This document shows, piece by piece, positions 61,981-64,000 of a DNA stretch of 64,000 bases. Below the pieces are notes generated by a model. It had not been told where the DNA came from. It made no database searches and saw only the letters and a list, made by a program, of their open reading frames with translations. The stretch is taken from assembly GCA_043228905.1 (NCBI GenBank), contig JBHGNT010000005.1, forward strand, positions 11,656,001 to 11,720,000, read 5' to 3'. The stretch's first letter is position 1. The number at the start of each line of letters is the position of its first letter. The stretch is from Azolla caroliniana. Its lineage: Eukaryota > Plantae > Polypodiophyta. The translations under genes were made by a program, and so were the position numbers.

Positions 61981-64000
61981 TGATCAGCCGACATATCCGA
62001 ATAAGTGAATCTGTTAAGTTGGGGATTACCGGAGCCGAACTGGAGGCACATATTCAAGGTGCCTTTTAGATACCGAAGTATCCACTTGACTGCGTTCTAG
62101 TGTTCTCTTCCAGGATTGCTCATGAACCGGCTCACTACTATGACTGCATATCCGATATCCGGACGGGTACATACCATCGCGTACATCAAGCTTCCGATGG
62201 CAGAGGCATATGGTATCTTCATCATATCCGTCTTCTCCACCTTTGTCCTCAGGCTTTGTTTTCCGGATAGCTTGCAATTTGCCGAAGGTGTCGATCCGAC
62301 CGGTTTTGCCTCCGACATGTTGAACCGTTGAAGCACCTTTGTCACGTACCTCTCCTGTGACAACCACAATAGCTTCTTCGACCGGTTCCGGATGATGTGC
62401 ATTCCCAATATCTATCTTACCGAACCCAAGTCTTTCATTGAGAAGGTCCGGTTCAGAGACTTCTTTAGCATCCGAATCTTGCCTTGGTCTCATCCGACGA
62501 TCAACATATCATCCACATATAGGAGAAGTATTAGGAAATATCCTCCGTCAAATTTCTTCACAAACATGCAGTGATCGGCCTGCGTCTTGTGGTACCTTTG
62601 GTCGGTCATGAAGGAGGTGAACTTCTGGTACCATTGCCAGGGGTCTTGCTTCAATCCGTATAAGCTCTTCTTCAACCGGCACACCAAGTGCTCCTTCCCT
62701 TTCTTCTCAAATCCTTTTGATTGATGCATGTAGATTTCTTCTTCAAGGTCTCCATGTAGGAATGTCGTCTTGACGTCCAATTGCTCTACCTCGACGTCCA
62801 TGCTTGCCGCTATGCTCAATACCATCCCGATGGATGTCATTTTTACTACCAGGGTAAACATCTTATCGAAGTCCACTCCTTTCTTCTACAGGAAGCCCTT
62901 CACCACAATCCGGGCTTTGTACCTTGCTGGATTTCCGGTGTCTCCCGGTTTCAGCTTGTACACCCACTTGTTCCGGAGTGCTCTCTTCCCTTTCGGAAAC
63001 TCCATCAGTTCATACGTGTGGTTCTCATGTAGGGAATCCATCTTGCCTTGCATGACACTCAACCACTTGCGGTTGTGGGTGTCTCTCTTCGCTTCTTCCA
63101 AGCTTTCCGGCTGCCCCTCATCGGTTAGCAACACATGCTCGGCATACAGAAAATAGGGCTCTTCTCTCTCAGAGAGAATATCTTCGTCCCTGGTTTCTGA
63201 CCATTGGTTCCTCTGTTTGTTCCTCATCCAAATCCGATTCGGGATCTTATCCAGTTCCGATGTCTTCTTCTTCTTCTTCTTCTTCGGTCGGTTCAGTTTC
63301 TTGTCCGTACCCGGCCGGTTCGTCGAGTGTCATCCGGTTTCCAACTAACATCTGGCTTTTAACCGGGTAAGTCCTTGTGTCCTGAAGCCGGTTTTCATTG
63401 GATGATCCAGAGTTCATCACCTTCTTCTCCATGAAGACTATGTCCCGACTCCGGAACACCTTCTTGTCGACCAAATCCCACACCCGATAACCGAACTCAT
63501 CATCGCCATATTGAAGGAATATGCTTCTTCGAATTGGTAGTGCCGGTTTCTTTCTCTTTCCGGAAATGTCGACAATTCTTCTAGAAATGCCCCGGCTTCC
63601 CACAGTAGAAGCAAGTAGGCCTTCCCCTTGACGTCGACCTCGTTACCGATTTGTCCCAGTTTTGGGAACACCGAGACCAGTCTCTTCCCCAGTTGTGGTC
63701 ATCTTCCGTGACTAAGGCCTTCGGATCGGTTCCGGACTCCCGGTACTTCCGGCGAGATTTTTCATCTAGCAAGCTTGATTTTACCCTTGTGAGGGACAAT
63801 TGTTTTCCTTCCGACCCGGCGTTGCCCAACGTGACAACTAACATCTCCCAACTATCCGGGAGGAAACCGAGCAAGAGCAATGCGAGTACCTCATTGGTGA
63901 GAGGTACTTCCAACGTCGTTGCTTGGTGTATTAGCCCCTAGAAGGCATTCATGTGCTCCGCCATACTGGAGCCGTCCTGGTACCGGAGCCTCACTAGCTT
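61981..64000 (-). mobile_element. Copia-4 (Tnt1/Tork-like) internal region, heavily deleted, running off the window end
   Basis: CFYCGKPGH, YGDDEFGYRVWD, EQLDVKTTFLHGDL, LLLYVDDMLI, YAMVCTRPDI. Truncated at the start of RNase H (YSDMSAD). Confidence 0.9.

Overview
Eukaryotic, transposon-dense DNA, most likely from a seed-free land plant (inferred from spliceosomal introns, plant-type HSP70 and PPR fragments, and a Tcn1-like chromovirus). No intact host gene is present. From 4.4 to 29.5 kb there is a four-level nest: an HSP70 pseudogene split by a Copia element (TSD GGTAC); that Copia carries a chromovirus Gypsy (TSD ATATG) in its RNase H and an RTEX-like LINE in its 3' LTR; the chromovirus gag carries a 9-kb Sola2-type DNA transposon (TSD ATAG) with an apparently intact 863-aa spliced transposase and a convergent accessory gene ending in a degenerate FCP1/NIF phosphatase domain. 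From 30 to 64 kb there are decayed non-chromovirus Gypsy elements, three more Copia elements plus a Copia RT fragment, three solo LTRs with TSDs, and a pair of LTR-like ends each adjoining a different host-gene fragment. The most unusual object is at 0.27-4.2 kb: an intron-containing, now pseudogenised gene fusing a ParB/Srx-like domain to a prokaryotic-type beta-class N6A/N4C DNA methyltransferase, directly downstream of a 51-bp-period array of 33-bp palindromes. All protein family calls are by eye from motifs; no searches were run.
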